From assembly GCF_009914755.1 (NCBI RefSeq), contig NC_060938.1: 64,000 nt of DNA; one strand, 5' to 3'. Below the pieces are notes generated by a model, which saw only the letters and a list, made by a program, of their open reading frames with translations, was not told the origin of the DNA and searched no databases. Position 1 is the first letter of the stretch. The number at the start of each line of letters is the position of its first letter. Of the stretch, positions 33,195 through 46,274 are shown in pieces. Origin of the DNA: the human T2T-CHM13v2.0 reference genome, Homo sapiens. The position numbers and the translations under genes are program-made.

Positions 33195-36100
33195 CCACTG
33201 ACCCCAGAAATACAAATAACCATCAGAATATTATGAACACCTCTATGCACATAAACTAGAGAATCTAGAAGAAATGGATAAATTCCTGGACACATACACC
33301 CTCCCAAGACTGAGCTAGGATGAAACTGAATCCCTCAACAGGCCAATGATGAGCTCTAAAATTGAATCAGTAATAAAGACCCTACCAACCAAAAAAACAA
33401 GAAGTCCCAGGACCACATGGATTCACAGCTTAATTCTACCAGACATACAAAGAAGAGCTGATACTATTCTTACTGAAACTATTCCAAAAATTGAGGAAGA
33501 GGGACTCCTCCCTAAGTCATTCTATAAGGCCAGCATCATCCTAGTACAAATACCTAGCCAGAGACACAACAACCAAAAAAAAAAAAAATTCAGGCCAATA
33601 TCCTTGATGAACATAGGAACATAGATGCAAAACTCCTCAACAAAGTACTGGCACAGTGAATCCAGCAGCACATTTAAAAGCTGAAGTTGTAATTCAACAC
33701 AATCAAATAGGCTTTATCCCTGGGATGCAAGCTTTGTTCAACATACACGAATCAATAAATGTGATTCATCACACAAACATAACTAATGACAAAACCCCAC
33801 ATGATTATCTAAATAGATGCAGAGAGGACTTTCAATAAAAGTCAACACTCTTTCATATTAAAAACTCTCAATAAACTAGATATTGAAGGAACATATCTCA
33901 AAATAATGAGAGCTGTCTATGACAAATCCACAGCCAACATCATACTGAATGGGCAAAAGTTGGAAGTGTTCCCCTTTAAAACTGGCATAAGACAAGGATG
34001 CCCTCTCTCACCACTCCTATTTAACATAGTATTGGAAATCCTGACCAGAGCAATCAGGCAAGAAAAAGAAATAAAGAGCATCTAAATAGGAAGAGAGGAA
34101 GTCAAACTGTACCTGTTTGCAAACAACATGATCCTATATCTAGAAAACCCCATAGTCTCAGCCCAAAACTTTTTAGTTGATAAACAACTTTAGGAAAATC
34201 TCCAGATACAAAAATCAATGTACAAAAATCACTAGCATTCTTATATACCAACAGTAGTCAAGCTGAGAGCTGAATCAGGAATACAATTGTATTCACAATG
34301 GCACAAAAATAAAATAAAATACTTAGGAATACAGATAACCAGGGAGGTGAAAGATCTCTGCAGTGAGAATTACAAAATTCTCCTCAAATCATAGATGAAA
34401 CAAACAAATGGAAAAACATTCCATGCTCATGGATAGGAAGAATCAATATCATTTTTTAATGGTGATACTGCCCAAAGCAATTTATAGATTCAATGCCCTT
34501 CCTATTAAACCACCAATGAAATTCATCACAGAACTAGAAAAAACTATTTTAAAATTTATATAGAACCAAAAAAGAGCCCAGATAGCCAAGGCAATCCTAA
34601 GCCAAAAGAACAAAGCTGGAGGCATCACCAGTCTCCCTCCCAACTGCTTTCATGGGCTGGTGTTGAGTGTCTGTGCCTTTTCTAAGCATACAGCGCAAAC
34701 TATACTACCTGACTTCAAACTATATTACAGGGCCACAGTAACCCAAAGAGCATGGTACTGGTACAAAAACAGACACATAGACCAATGGAACAGAATAGAG
34801 AGCACAGAAACAAGGCTGTACACCTACAACTATCTGATCGTTGACAAAGCTGACAAAACGAAGCAATGGGGAAAGGGTACTCTATTCAGTAAATGATACT
34901 GGGATAACTGCCTAGCCAAGTGCAATGATTGAAACTGGACCCCTATTTATACCAAATACAAAAATCAACTCAATATGGATTAAAGACTTATGTGTAAACC
35001 CCAAAACTATAAAAATCCTGGAAAGCAACCTAGGTAATACCATCCTAGACATAGACACAGGCAATGATTTCATGATGAAGATGCCAAAAGCAATTGCAAC
35101 AAAAGCAAAAATTGACAAATGGCATCTAATTAAAGACATTCTGCACTGCAAAAGAAACTGTCAACAGAGTAAACACACAACCTACAGAATGAGAAACTTT
35201 TTGCAAACTGTGTATTAGTCCACATTTTTGCTGCTGATAAAGATATACCCAAGACTGGACAATTTATAAAAAGAAAGAGGTTTAATGGACTTACAGTTCC
35301 ACATGGCTAGGAAGGCTGCACAATCATGGCAGAAGGTGAAAGGCACTTCTCACATGGCAACGGCGAGAGAGAGAGCTTGTGTAGGGAAACTCCTGTTTTT
35401 GAAACCATTATATCTTGTGACACTTATTTACTATCCCAAGAACACAGGAAAGAACTGCCCTCATGATTCAATTACCTCCCACCAGTTCCTCACATGACAC
35501 ATGGGAATTATGGGAGTTACAATTCAAGATGAGATTTGGGTGGGGATACCATCAAACCATATCATTCAGCACCCGACCCCTCCCAAATATCATGTCCTCA
35601 CCTTTCAAAACCAATCACACCTTCCCAACAGTCCCCCAAAGTCTTAACTCATTTTAGCATCAACTGCAAAGTTCACAATCTAAAGTCTTAGATGAAGCAA
35701 GTCCCTTATACCTATGTTCCTGTAAAATCAAAAGTTACTTTTTTTCTGGATACAATGGGAATACAGGCATTGGGTAAATACAGCCATTCCAAATGGGAGA
35801 AATTGGCCAAAACAAAGGGACTACAGGCCCCAAGCAAGTTCAGAATCCAGAGGGGCGCTCAAATCTTAAAGCTCCAAAATCATCTCCTTTGACTCTATGT
35901 CTCACATCCAGGTCACAGTGATGCAAAAGGTGGGTTCCTATGGTCTCTGGCAGCTCCACCCCTGTGGCTTTGCTGGGTATAGTCTCCCTCCCAGCTGCTT
36001 CCATGGGCTGGTGTTGAGTGTCTGTTCCTTTTCCAGGCATACAGTGTAAGCTGTTGGTGGATCTACCATGCTGGGATCTGGAGGATGGTAGCCCTCTTCT

Positions 36101-38330
36101 CACAGCTCTATCAGGTGGTGCCCCAGTAGGGATTCTGTGTGGGAGCTCCAACCTCACATTTCCCTTCTGCACCACCCTAGCTGAGGTTCTCCAGGAGGGC
36201 CCTCCCCCTGCAGCAAACTTCTGCCTGGGAATCCAGGTGTTTCCAAACATCTTCTGAAATCTAGGTGGAGGTTTCCAAACCCCAGTTCTTGACTTCTGTG
36301 CACTTGCAGGCTCAACACCATGTGGAAGCGGACAAGACTTGTGCCTTGTACCCTCTGAAGCCATAGCCCAGGCTCTTCATTGGCCCTTTTCAGCCATGGC
36401 TGGAGCAGTTGGGATGCAGGGTACCAAGTCCCTAGGCTGTACACAGCACAGGGACACTGGCCCAGCCCACAAAACCATTTTTTCCTTCTAGACCTCCTGG
36501 CCCATGATGGGAGGGGCTGCCGTGAAGATCTCTGACATGCCCTGGAGACATTCTCCCCATTGTCTTGGGGATTAACATTTAGCTACTTGTTATTTATGCA
36601 AATTTCTACAGCTGGCTTATATTTTTCCTCAGAAAATGGGGTTTTCTATCCTATTGTCAGGCTGCAAATTTTCTGAACTTTTCTGCTCTGCTTCCCTGAT
36701 AAAACTGAGTGCCTTTAACAGCACCCAAGTCACTTCTTGAATGCTTTGCTTCTTAGAACTTTCTTCTGACAGATACCATAAACTATTTCTCTCAAGTTCA
36801 AAGTTCCACAAATCTCTAGAGCAGGGGCAAAATGCTGCCAGTCTTTTTGCTAAAATATAACAAGTCACCTTTGCTCTTGTTCCCAACAAGTTCCTCATTT
36901 CCATCTGAGACCACCTCAACCTGGACTTTATTGTCCATATTGCTATCAACATTTTGGACAAAGCTATTCAACAAGTCTCTAGGAAGTTCCAAACGTTCTC
37001 ATATTTTTCTGTCTTCTTAGCCCTCCACACTGTTCCAACCTTTGCCTGTTACCCAGTTCCAAAGTTGCTTCCACATTTTCAGGTATCTTTTCAGCAGCAT
37101 CCCACTCTACTGGTACCAATTTACTGTATTAGTCTGTTTTCATGCTGCTGATAAATAAGTACCCAAGATTGGGCAATTTGCAAAAAGGAAATAGGTTTGA
37201 TGGGCTTACAGTTCCACATGGTTAGGGAAGCCTCACAATCATGGCAGAAGGTGAAAGACACTTCTTATGTGGCAACCATGAGAGAGAGCTTGTGCAGGGA
37301 AATTCCTGTTTTAAAAACCATCAGGTTTCCTGAGACTTATTTACTATCAAGAGAAAGCATGGGAAAGACCCACCCCCATGATTCAATTACCTCCCACTCA
37401 CCAGGTTTCTCACACAATACATGGGAATTGTGGGAATTACAATTCAAGATGAGATTTGGGTGGGGACATAGCCAAACCATCTCACTATAGATCTGACAAA
37501 CGTCTAATATCCAGTATCTCTAAGGAAGTTAAATTTGGAAGAGAAAAACAACCTCATTAAAACTTGGGCAAAGGACACAAACAGACACTTTTCAAAAGAA
37601 GACATACATGTGGCCAAGAAGCATATGAAGAAAAAAAGCTCAACATCACTGATAGAGAAATGCAAATCAAAAATACAATGAGATACCATCTTATACCAGT
37701 CAGAACAGCTATTATTTAAAAGTCAAAAAATAACAGATGCTGGAGAGGTTGCAGAGAAAAAAGAATGCTTATACACTTGGTAGGAGTGTACATTATTTGT
37801 TCAACCATTGTGGAACGCAGTGTGGTGATTCCTCAAAGAAGTAAACACAGAACTACCATTTAACCCAGCAATCTCGTTACTAGGTATATACCCAAAGGAA
37901 TATAAATTGTTCTATCAACACATGCACATCTATGTTAATTCCAGCACTATTCACAATAGCAAAGACATGGAATCAACCTAAATGCCCATCAATGCTAGAC
38001 TGGATAAAGAAAATGTGGTACATATACAGTATGGAAAACTGTGCAGCCATAAAAAGAATGAGATCATGTCCTTCACAGAAGGACATAAAGCTGGAGGCCA
38101 TTATCCCTAGCAAACTAATGCAGGAACAGAAAACCAAACACTGCATGTTCTCATTTATAAGTGGGAGTTAAATGATGAGAACACATGGACACATAGAGAG
38201 GAACAACACACACTGGGGCCTTTTGGAGGGAGGGTACAGGATCAGGAAAAATAACTAATGGGTACTAGGCTTAATACCTGGGTGAAGAAATAATCTGTAC
38301 AACAAACTCCCTCTGAACTTAAAATAAAAA
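33195..38330 (+). mobile_element. L1PA13-16-like, 5'-truncated; hosts THE1B
   Basis: ORF2 remnants (33346..33624 RPISLMN; 34925..35218; 37932..38171); duplicated target aaaatgtggt(a/g)tata; 3'UTR 'ggatcaggaaaaataactaatgggtactaggc'. Confidence 0.88.
35211..37484 (-). mobile_element. Full-length THE1B provirus: LTR 35211-35564, internal 35565-37124, LTR 37125-37484
   Basis: Two similar ~355-360 bp LTRs around a THE1 internal region; the host L1 sequence resumes on both sides. Confidence 0.92.
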
Positions 38331-38337
38331 TGTGGTG

Positions 38338-38340
<3 letters not shown>

Positions 38341-38385
<45 letters not shown>
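38341..38385. repeat. Perfect (AC)22 microsatellite
   Basis: Read directly from the sequence. Confidence 0.97.
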
Positions 38386-38387
<2 letters not shown>

Positions 38388-39572
38388 GAAATACTCTTTG
38401 GCCATAAAAAAGAATGAAATCCTGTTATTTGTGGCAACATGGGTGGAAATGGAGGTCGTTACGTTACAGAAATAAGCCAACCCCACAGAAAGGCAAATAT
38501 TGCCTGTTCTCACTCGTATGCAACCTCTCTAGCATCTGTTATTTTTTGGCTTTTTAATAATAGCCATTCTGACTGGTGTGAAATGGTATCGCATTATAGT
38601 TTTGATTTGCATTTCTTTAATAATCAGTGATGTTGAGCTTTTCCTCATATGCTTGTCAGCCACATGTATGTCTTCTTTTGAAAAGTGTTCATGACCTGTT
38701 GATGATCATGTGTGTCATGTTCATATGTGGGAGTCAAAAATGTTCTCTTATGGAGATACAGAGTAAAATGATACTTACCAGAGGCTGGAAAGGGTGAGTG
38801 TGTTGGGGTGGGGAACGAAGAGAGGTTAGTTAGTCGGCATAAATATATAGTTAGAAATAATTTCTTATGTATAATAGCAGAATCTGGTAACTATAGTTAA
38901 CAATAATATATTGTATATTTAAAAGGAGCTGAAAAAGAGTACCTGAAATATTTCCAACACATAGAAATGATAAATGTTCCAGGTGATGGAAATTCTAAAC
39001 ACTGTAACTTGATCACTACACATTCTATGCATTTAAGAAAATAGCATATGCTCCCCTTAAATATATAAAAATGTGTATCAATTAACCCACATGCCAACCA
39101 TATAGGAAAAAAAATTAAAAGAAAATCTAAGGACAATGTTCTAACTTGTTCTCTCTCTCTTTTTTAACAGAAAGCTTATAATACTGCTACTTTGACTTGC
39201 TTTTTCTAATTTTATCTACAACTAACTTTTTAATAGCTTAATAATAATTATTGTTACAATTATCTTTTCACCCGTCTTTTTGTGGAAAGTAAGAGGTCAA
39301 GAATATCTCTAGAGGAAAAGGAAAGATGAAGGGAATTACCCTGTAACAGTTAAGCACAGTCTGGACATAGTCCATAAACATTTTCCAGATTTTAATTTGG
39401 ATTTATTCTCTATGTCTAGGTGCATTAGTGTTATTTTGGAGGATTCAGGATTTTAAACCTTCTTCATACTTTTTATAGGAAATCTCAATTGATTGAAGGG
39501 AAATGTCCCTCTAAGTGTACAGGTATCTATGTTAGTAACTGAACATCATTTTTCACCATCATGCTGGAAGTA

Positions 39573-40380
<808 letters not shown>

Positions 40381-41169
40381 AACCATGTCCACAAAATGGA
40401 GAGATAGACTGGTAAACCTTTTCTCCATGATGCCACTGCTCTGTACAGGGAGAAACTTTGTGGTCCATGGACCATGAGGGATCTCATCATGTGGGCTGAG
40501 GTTCAGACTCTCAGGTGTTAAATACATGATAGTTAGAAGCATAAAAACTTAGAATATAGTGAAGGTGAAAGAAAAGGAAAAGTTAAAGTAGGTCTCTCAC
40601 AAGAACTGGGATTTCTATTTTCTTTGCAAAGAGAATTGCTTTGTAGGAGTTTTTTGTTGTTGTTTCTAGCAGAAAAGTAACTAAAATAAATGTTTTCAGA
40701 AATGTGAATGTAGTAGTGATGGTTCCAAGAATTAAAACTGCTTTGAGAATGAAACAGTAAATTGCTTCTGGGTCAAAGGCCAGATTAATAATCCATAGAC
40801 TGTTGCTTTTGGAAAGAATTTGTTATAACAACAAAGAAGGAAAGTCCTAAGATAGTAGGAGTGGTCTGGGTTAGACTATGGTTGAGCTGTAATGGTTAGA
40901 GGGATAAGAGCTAGATGGTGAAGGAGCTTTTCAGAGATATTGTGACATTTGGCAAAGCCTGGTTGTGAGCCTGGTTGTGGAGCAAGATCCTGAACTGGGA
41001 AGAGCATATTTCCCCTTTCCTCTGAATGGAATACAGCTCACCAATGATGGGCAGCTGTAGACAAGGGTTTTGGCTTTTTGTTTTTTTGCCACAGTAGCCT
41101 CTCATTAGACGAAACTCTAAATAGAAAAATTACTGGAGTTTTCTTCTCTCTGTCCTCCTTTCTTAGCTT

Positions 41170-42145
41170 TTATAGCTCAGTGGTTAAAACTACTGACCTG
41201 GAATAAATATACGTGTGCATGTGTCTTTATAGCAGCATGATTTATAATCCTTTGGGTATATACCCAATAATGGGATGGCTGGGTCAAATGGTATTTCTAG
41301 TTCTAGATCCTTGAGGAATCACCACACTGACTTCCACAATGGTTGAACCAGTTTGCAGTCCCACCAACAGTGTAAACGTGTTTCTATTTCTCCACATCCT
41401 CTCCAGCAGGTATTGTTTCCTGACTTTTTAATGATCTGGGCCATTCTAACTGGTGTGAGATGGTATCTCATTGTGGTTTTGATTTGCATTTCTCTGATGG
41501 CCATGTATACACCATGGAATACTACACAGCCATAAAAATGATGAGTTCCTGTCCTTTGTAGGAACATGGATGAAGCTGGAAACCATCATTCTCAGCAAAC
41601 TATCGCAAGGACAAAAAACCAAACACTGCATGTTCTCACTTATAGGTGGGAATTGAACAATAAGAACATGTGGACACAAGAAGGGGAACATCACGCATTG
41701 GGGACTGTTGTGGGGTTGGGGGAGAGGGGAGGGATAGCATTAGGAGATATACCTAATGTAAATGATGAGTTAATGGGTGCAGCACACCAACATGGCACAT
41801 GTATACATACGTAACAAACCTGCACGTTGTGCACATGTACCCTAGAACTTAAAGTATAAAAAAAAAAAAAAAAAAAAAAAAACAAAACAAAAAAAACTAC
41901 TGACCTGGGAGCCAGAGTGCCCAGGACGTCTTGGCTCCACTGCTTGCTTACTTAGCCACTGTGTGATTTTGATCATGTCCCTCTCCATGCCTCAATACCT
42001 TCCTCTGGTAAAATGGGAGCAGTTATAGTATCAGACCTACCTTGTGAGTTTGTTTTAGTGATTTAATAATTTCTACATATAAGGCACTTCCTGCCTGGCT
42101 CATACTAAGCACTTAATACATGTTAGCTAGTCATTATTACTATTG
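41170..42145 (+). mobile_element. MIR split by an L1PA insertion
   Basis: 'tagctcagtggttaaaa' 5' part; 'gcctcaataccttcctctggtaaaatggga' core after the L1. Confidence 0.7.
41202..41892 (+). mobile_element. L1PA4/5-like 5'-inverted (twin-primed) insertion
   Basis: 41202-41502 antisense L1, 41503-41892 sense 3' end with poly(A); 16-bp TSD aaaactactgacctgg (41186-41201 / 41893-41908). Confidence 0.95.
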
Positions 42146-44239
42146 TTATATTAACATTTTTTCAATTTTCAATATTTTGGAGGGTTATATAGATATTTAC
42201 TGTCCATACATGAATAATAATTTTTGCCTTCTAATTCTCGTACCTGTTGTTACAGTTTCCTTATCACATTTGCTCTGTTATAAATACCCATAAAATAGTT
42301 GCATGATAAAAATAGCATCGTGTTTGATTAGCTGTAACAAAGATGATTCAAACAACTGAAAGGTAAGAAACGAAGGGGATAGTGAAGTGTTGTTAATTTG
42401 GGTGAAATGTGTCAATAAACTTTAAAAAGGAGAATAAGGAAGTAAGTAGGAAGAAGCATGGCTGAAAAAATTTTAGATATTTCTCTGAAAATAATTGAGA
42501 GGAAAAAAATAGAAAGGACTTCAAGCCTTCAAACCTGCAGCAAGAATATCTAATTGTTATATGTTTAATAGGAACTAAAATCGATTAAATTCAGTCATCT
42601 AAAAAGAGATGAGAAAAAAGGACATTAAATTAGACTTCATGGTGTGTAGTTTTAAGTATGTGGTTTCAAGATAAATTAAGGATTATTTCAATTGTACATT
42701 AAATAATCTGTACTCTAGTTATATTAGAAATATGATAATTAACATTAGCAGTATTCTTTCATAACTTCCAAAGCGTTTTACATAGATTGCTTTGTACATT
42801 TTGTGTGGAATAGTAAATATAAGAATGCTTTTTGCTTGTGTAGCACATAAACTATCCCATTTGATACTTCCACTCCATACATTTCCTCTTAATTTATTCT
42901 ACTTATGCATCATTAAAGCTTTTGAACTTGTACTTATCTGGACACAATATGCTGCTTCACACTTTCTTTGGTAATCCACCTGTCTGGAGGATTTCTAATT
43001 CATCCTTCAAACCCTTGTTACTGCAAGGCGTGGCCTTTATCTGCTGGATGTGTAAATTTGTTTATGTGCGTGGGGATCAATGTAAGTCATCAAGAGAGCA
43101 GAAATTGGTAATACTACCTTTACTTGGTTCCATGAGATCAACTAGGAAGCTTTGGACTTCCTGTGGATCATTCCTTGCAATACCCAATGTCCTCCAATAA
43201 GCCAAATCCACATTCACAGGTAGAAAATTCACTGCTGAAAAAGAAGAGCAGCTTTTCTTGGGGCACTTAGTTTAGCCAGGAAGCCCAATTTTGATAAGTT
43301 ATGCAGATACTTAATGGTCAGTGAACTGAATTTTTTTTAAATTTCATGAAAACTTAATACATTTAACATTACTTAAATTTAATGATAGCAAAGAACCTAC
43401 AGTAAATCTAAAAACACTGTCTAAACTTTGTTTCTTCAACAAAATACATGTTATTTTTCATAAAATTTTTCCAAAAATATTATTCGTAGCTTGAGTTTAT
43501 TCTTGTTTAAATTATATATTTCTTAAATAGGTTAAGTTTCCAAGGAGTAAAATTGAGTCAGGAGTCCCATGGGAAGGAGAAAAGATTATGTTTACATAAA
43601 GATCAAAAAATGTGAAACTTTTTTAGTTTGTGAAGAACAGCTTTTAAAACTTATGTTTATTTTTAGGAGGATTTTCCACAATAAATTGAGAAATGTTGAT
43701 CTCTAAAATATACATAAAAGAGGTAAACGATATTCAGAGTAACAAACAAATACGTCATGGAGAACTGATTAAAAATTGTATTAATTATAAATCCAAAATA
43801 ACATACTCATAATTCAAGTATCATCAGTCTTTCTAAATTACCAGACCACTGAAGTTTGGGTTTCCTTTTCAGGAGACTCTGAGACATACATTTCCATCAA
43901 GTATGCAGATTCAGGCTTCATTTTAGCTTGCTTCACATTTGGACTATGGCTTTCTTACATATGTTTATTTTTCCTTAGAATTTTAATTGTCTTACTGACA
44001 GAAAAGTCATATGCCTTCCTCTTTTTATATTAATCATAATCATTTTAATCATAAAATTTATGTGATGGCATCATTTATTGTTGAACATATTCTTCATAAA
44101 GCCTACTGACTTTTGGTTCGAATTTGTACCAACTTAATTTATGAATTTACACCTGTGTCAATTTCATTTATAAACCATGAATCATAGTCTAACCTCTGTC
44201 TCTTCTCCATGTAACTCAAAGAAAAGGATAATTTTCTGT

Positions 44240-44700
44240 TTTGTCTAAAACAATCAGAATAACCTTATTCTTCTTGCCCGTGATTGGTTTAGGGATATGT
44301 GTGTCAGACAATTGTGGCCAATGAGAAATAAAGCTAAATCTGCAAAGACTTCTGGGATAGTTTTATTTACTGATTAAAAGCAGAGAGAGGGAGTGGGTGA
44401 AGAAAAAGAGTTTTGTTTTTTTTTTTTTTTTCTGCTGAACTTGCTCATATTTAAATGTGATATCTGAACTGCACTGGCCATTTTGTGATCCCGAGGTGAG
44501 CTTTTCAGAAAGTGGCAACATAAAAAGTTGAAAAGAACTTAGCTACTTGGTGACAAAATGGAACCAATGAATTAACCAACTCTGGTGTTTCCCGAACTCA
44601 GGATGTTGTGATTTCTTAGATTATTTTAAAAAATTGTTTAAACCAGTTGAATTAGGGCTTTATGGTGCTTGTAGCTGAGAACATTCCATCTAATTTGCAG
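44240..44700 (+). mobile_element. Old MLT1 (J-like) LTR
   Basis: 'gtgattggtttaggga...ggccaatgaga', end 'gcttgtagctgagaacattcc'. Confidence 0.5.
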
Positions 44701-45399
44701 ACAATTCAGAATTTCTTTCTATCAGAATTCTAGGTTTATTCTCCAACTCTGTCTCTTATGTCTTGCTTTTTCTTTAATTTCTTTGTTTCACCTAAATTTT
44801 TTAAAAGTATGTATTTTTCTCTGAGTATGTGTGACCTATATTTCCTGGTTCATTGTATGTTTGAATATATATTTTATATATATTATAAATTTATATCTTA
44901 TATATGTTATAGTTACCTTCATGCCTGATTGATATTTTAAATGGACATACTATTTTGTTTTAAGTTATTTTCCTGCAAAACTTTGAAGGCAATGCTCTGC
45001 TGACCTCCAACTTCCAATGTTGCTGGTAACACACCTCCTGCAACCTTGATTTTCATTCATGTGTGAATAAGCTGGACAATCTTGAGATTTTTTTCTCTAG
45101 ATTCTTATAGTTTTGAAATTTCACAAGACACTTCATTTGCTCTCTTTCATTTTGTTCCTTTGTACCAGGAATCTCTTTTAATCTAAGAACAAGTATATTC
45201 AGCTTAGAGAAATTTCATACTATTCCTCTGATTGTATTCTAATTTCAATTTGCTATTGGAAGTCTGGTTAGATAGATTATCCTACCTTCCATATCTCTTA
45301 ACATTTTCCCTTTTTCTTTTTTATCTCTTTTATTCATTATTTTTATCTTATTCCATATTTTCTTGTACTATGTTCCTCAACTTTATCTTTCTAATAAAT

Positions 45400-45580
45400 A
45401 ATGTTATAATAATAAATACACACAATGATTACCTATGTGCTAGATTAATGTATTATAGAATATTCCCAACAACTTCAAGTGGTAGAAACTAATATAACTC
45501 CATTTTAAAGATAAGGAAAGTGAAGTGTAGAGAGCTTAAGTGACTGTCCAATGTGACATAGCTACTACGTGACCAACTCT
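45400..45580 (-). mobile_element. MIR
   Basis: 'ccattttaaagataaggaaagtgaag...taagtgactgtccaatgtgacatagcta'. Confidence 0.65.
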
Positions 45581-45905
45581 GGATAAATGTAGAGATTATG
45601 ACCACAGATTTGTATTTTTAAGAGTTATTCCATTCTGGTTCACTATCTGCCAGCAAAGGCATTGTGTAGGAGACATGGAGATCATCATTTAAGAGGTTAA
45701 GCAAGATACTGCTCCTAGTTGTCTCAGTACTTCCTCAGAGAGTCTTACTGAAGTCAGTGGTTCATGACTACCACACAGAATGGGAAGACTGCCAGGTAAG
45801 AGAAATCTAGAATTGTAGTTCCTGCTTTTTATTAAGCTAAGGAGGAGCAATCACAGTACTCAGAAGCTTCCCTATTAACATATTGGGAATTTGTTGTTAT
45901 ATCAC

Positions 45906-46274
45906 TGGTACAGTTTGGCTGTGTCCCCACCCAAATCTCATCTTGAATTGTAGCTTGCATAATCCCCACAAGTCGTAGGAGGGACCTTGTGGGAGGTAAT
46001 TGAATCATGGTGGCAGGTTTTTTTTTCCATGTTGTTCTGGTGGTAGAGAATAAGTCTCCTGAGATCTGATGATTTTATAAAGGGGAGTTCCCCTACACAC
46101 TCTCTCACCTGCTGCCATGTAAGACTTGCCTTGGTTCCTCCTTCACTTTCCGCCATGATTGTGAGGCTTTCCTAGCCATATGGAACTGTGAGTCCATTAA
46201 ATCTCTTTTACTTTATAAATTACCCAGCTTCGGGTATTTATTCGTACATAGTAGTATAAAAATAGACTAATAAA
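45906..46274 (+). mobile_element. THE1B/C solo LTR
   Basis: 'tggtacagtttggctgtgtccccacccaaatctc'...'ctaataaa'; perfect TSD atcac (45901-45905 / 46275-46279). Confidence 0.92.

Larger units (their letters stand above)
32950..39110 (+). mobile_element. L1MA-like 3' end, split by a younger L1 and by an inverted L1 fragment
   Basis: ORF2 C-terminal remnant 32982..33176 resumes at ~38386 and ~38721 with an L1MA-type 3'UTR. Confidence 0.75.

Noticed and set aside
35840-36961. ORFs up to 174 aa in the THE1B internal region (also 8381-9323 in MST)
   Set aside because: Broken remnants of the known MaLR internal ORF; fragmented, with no sign of domestication.
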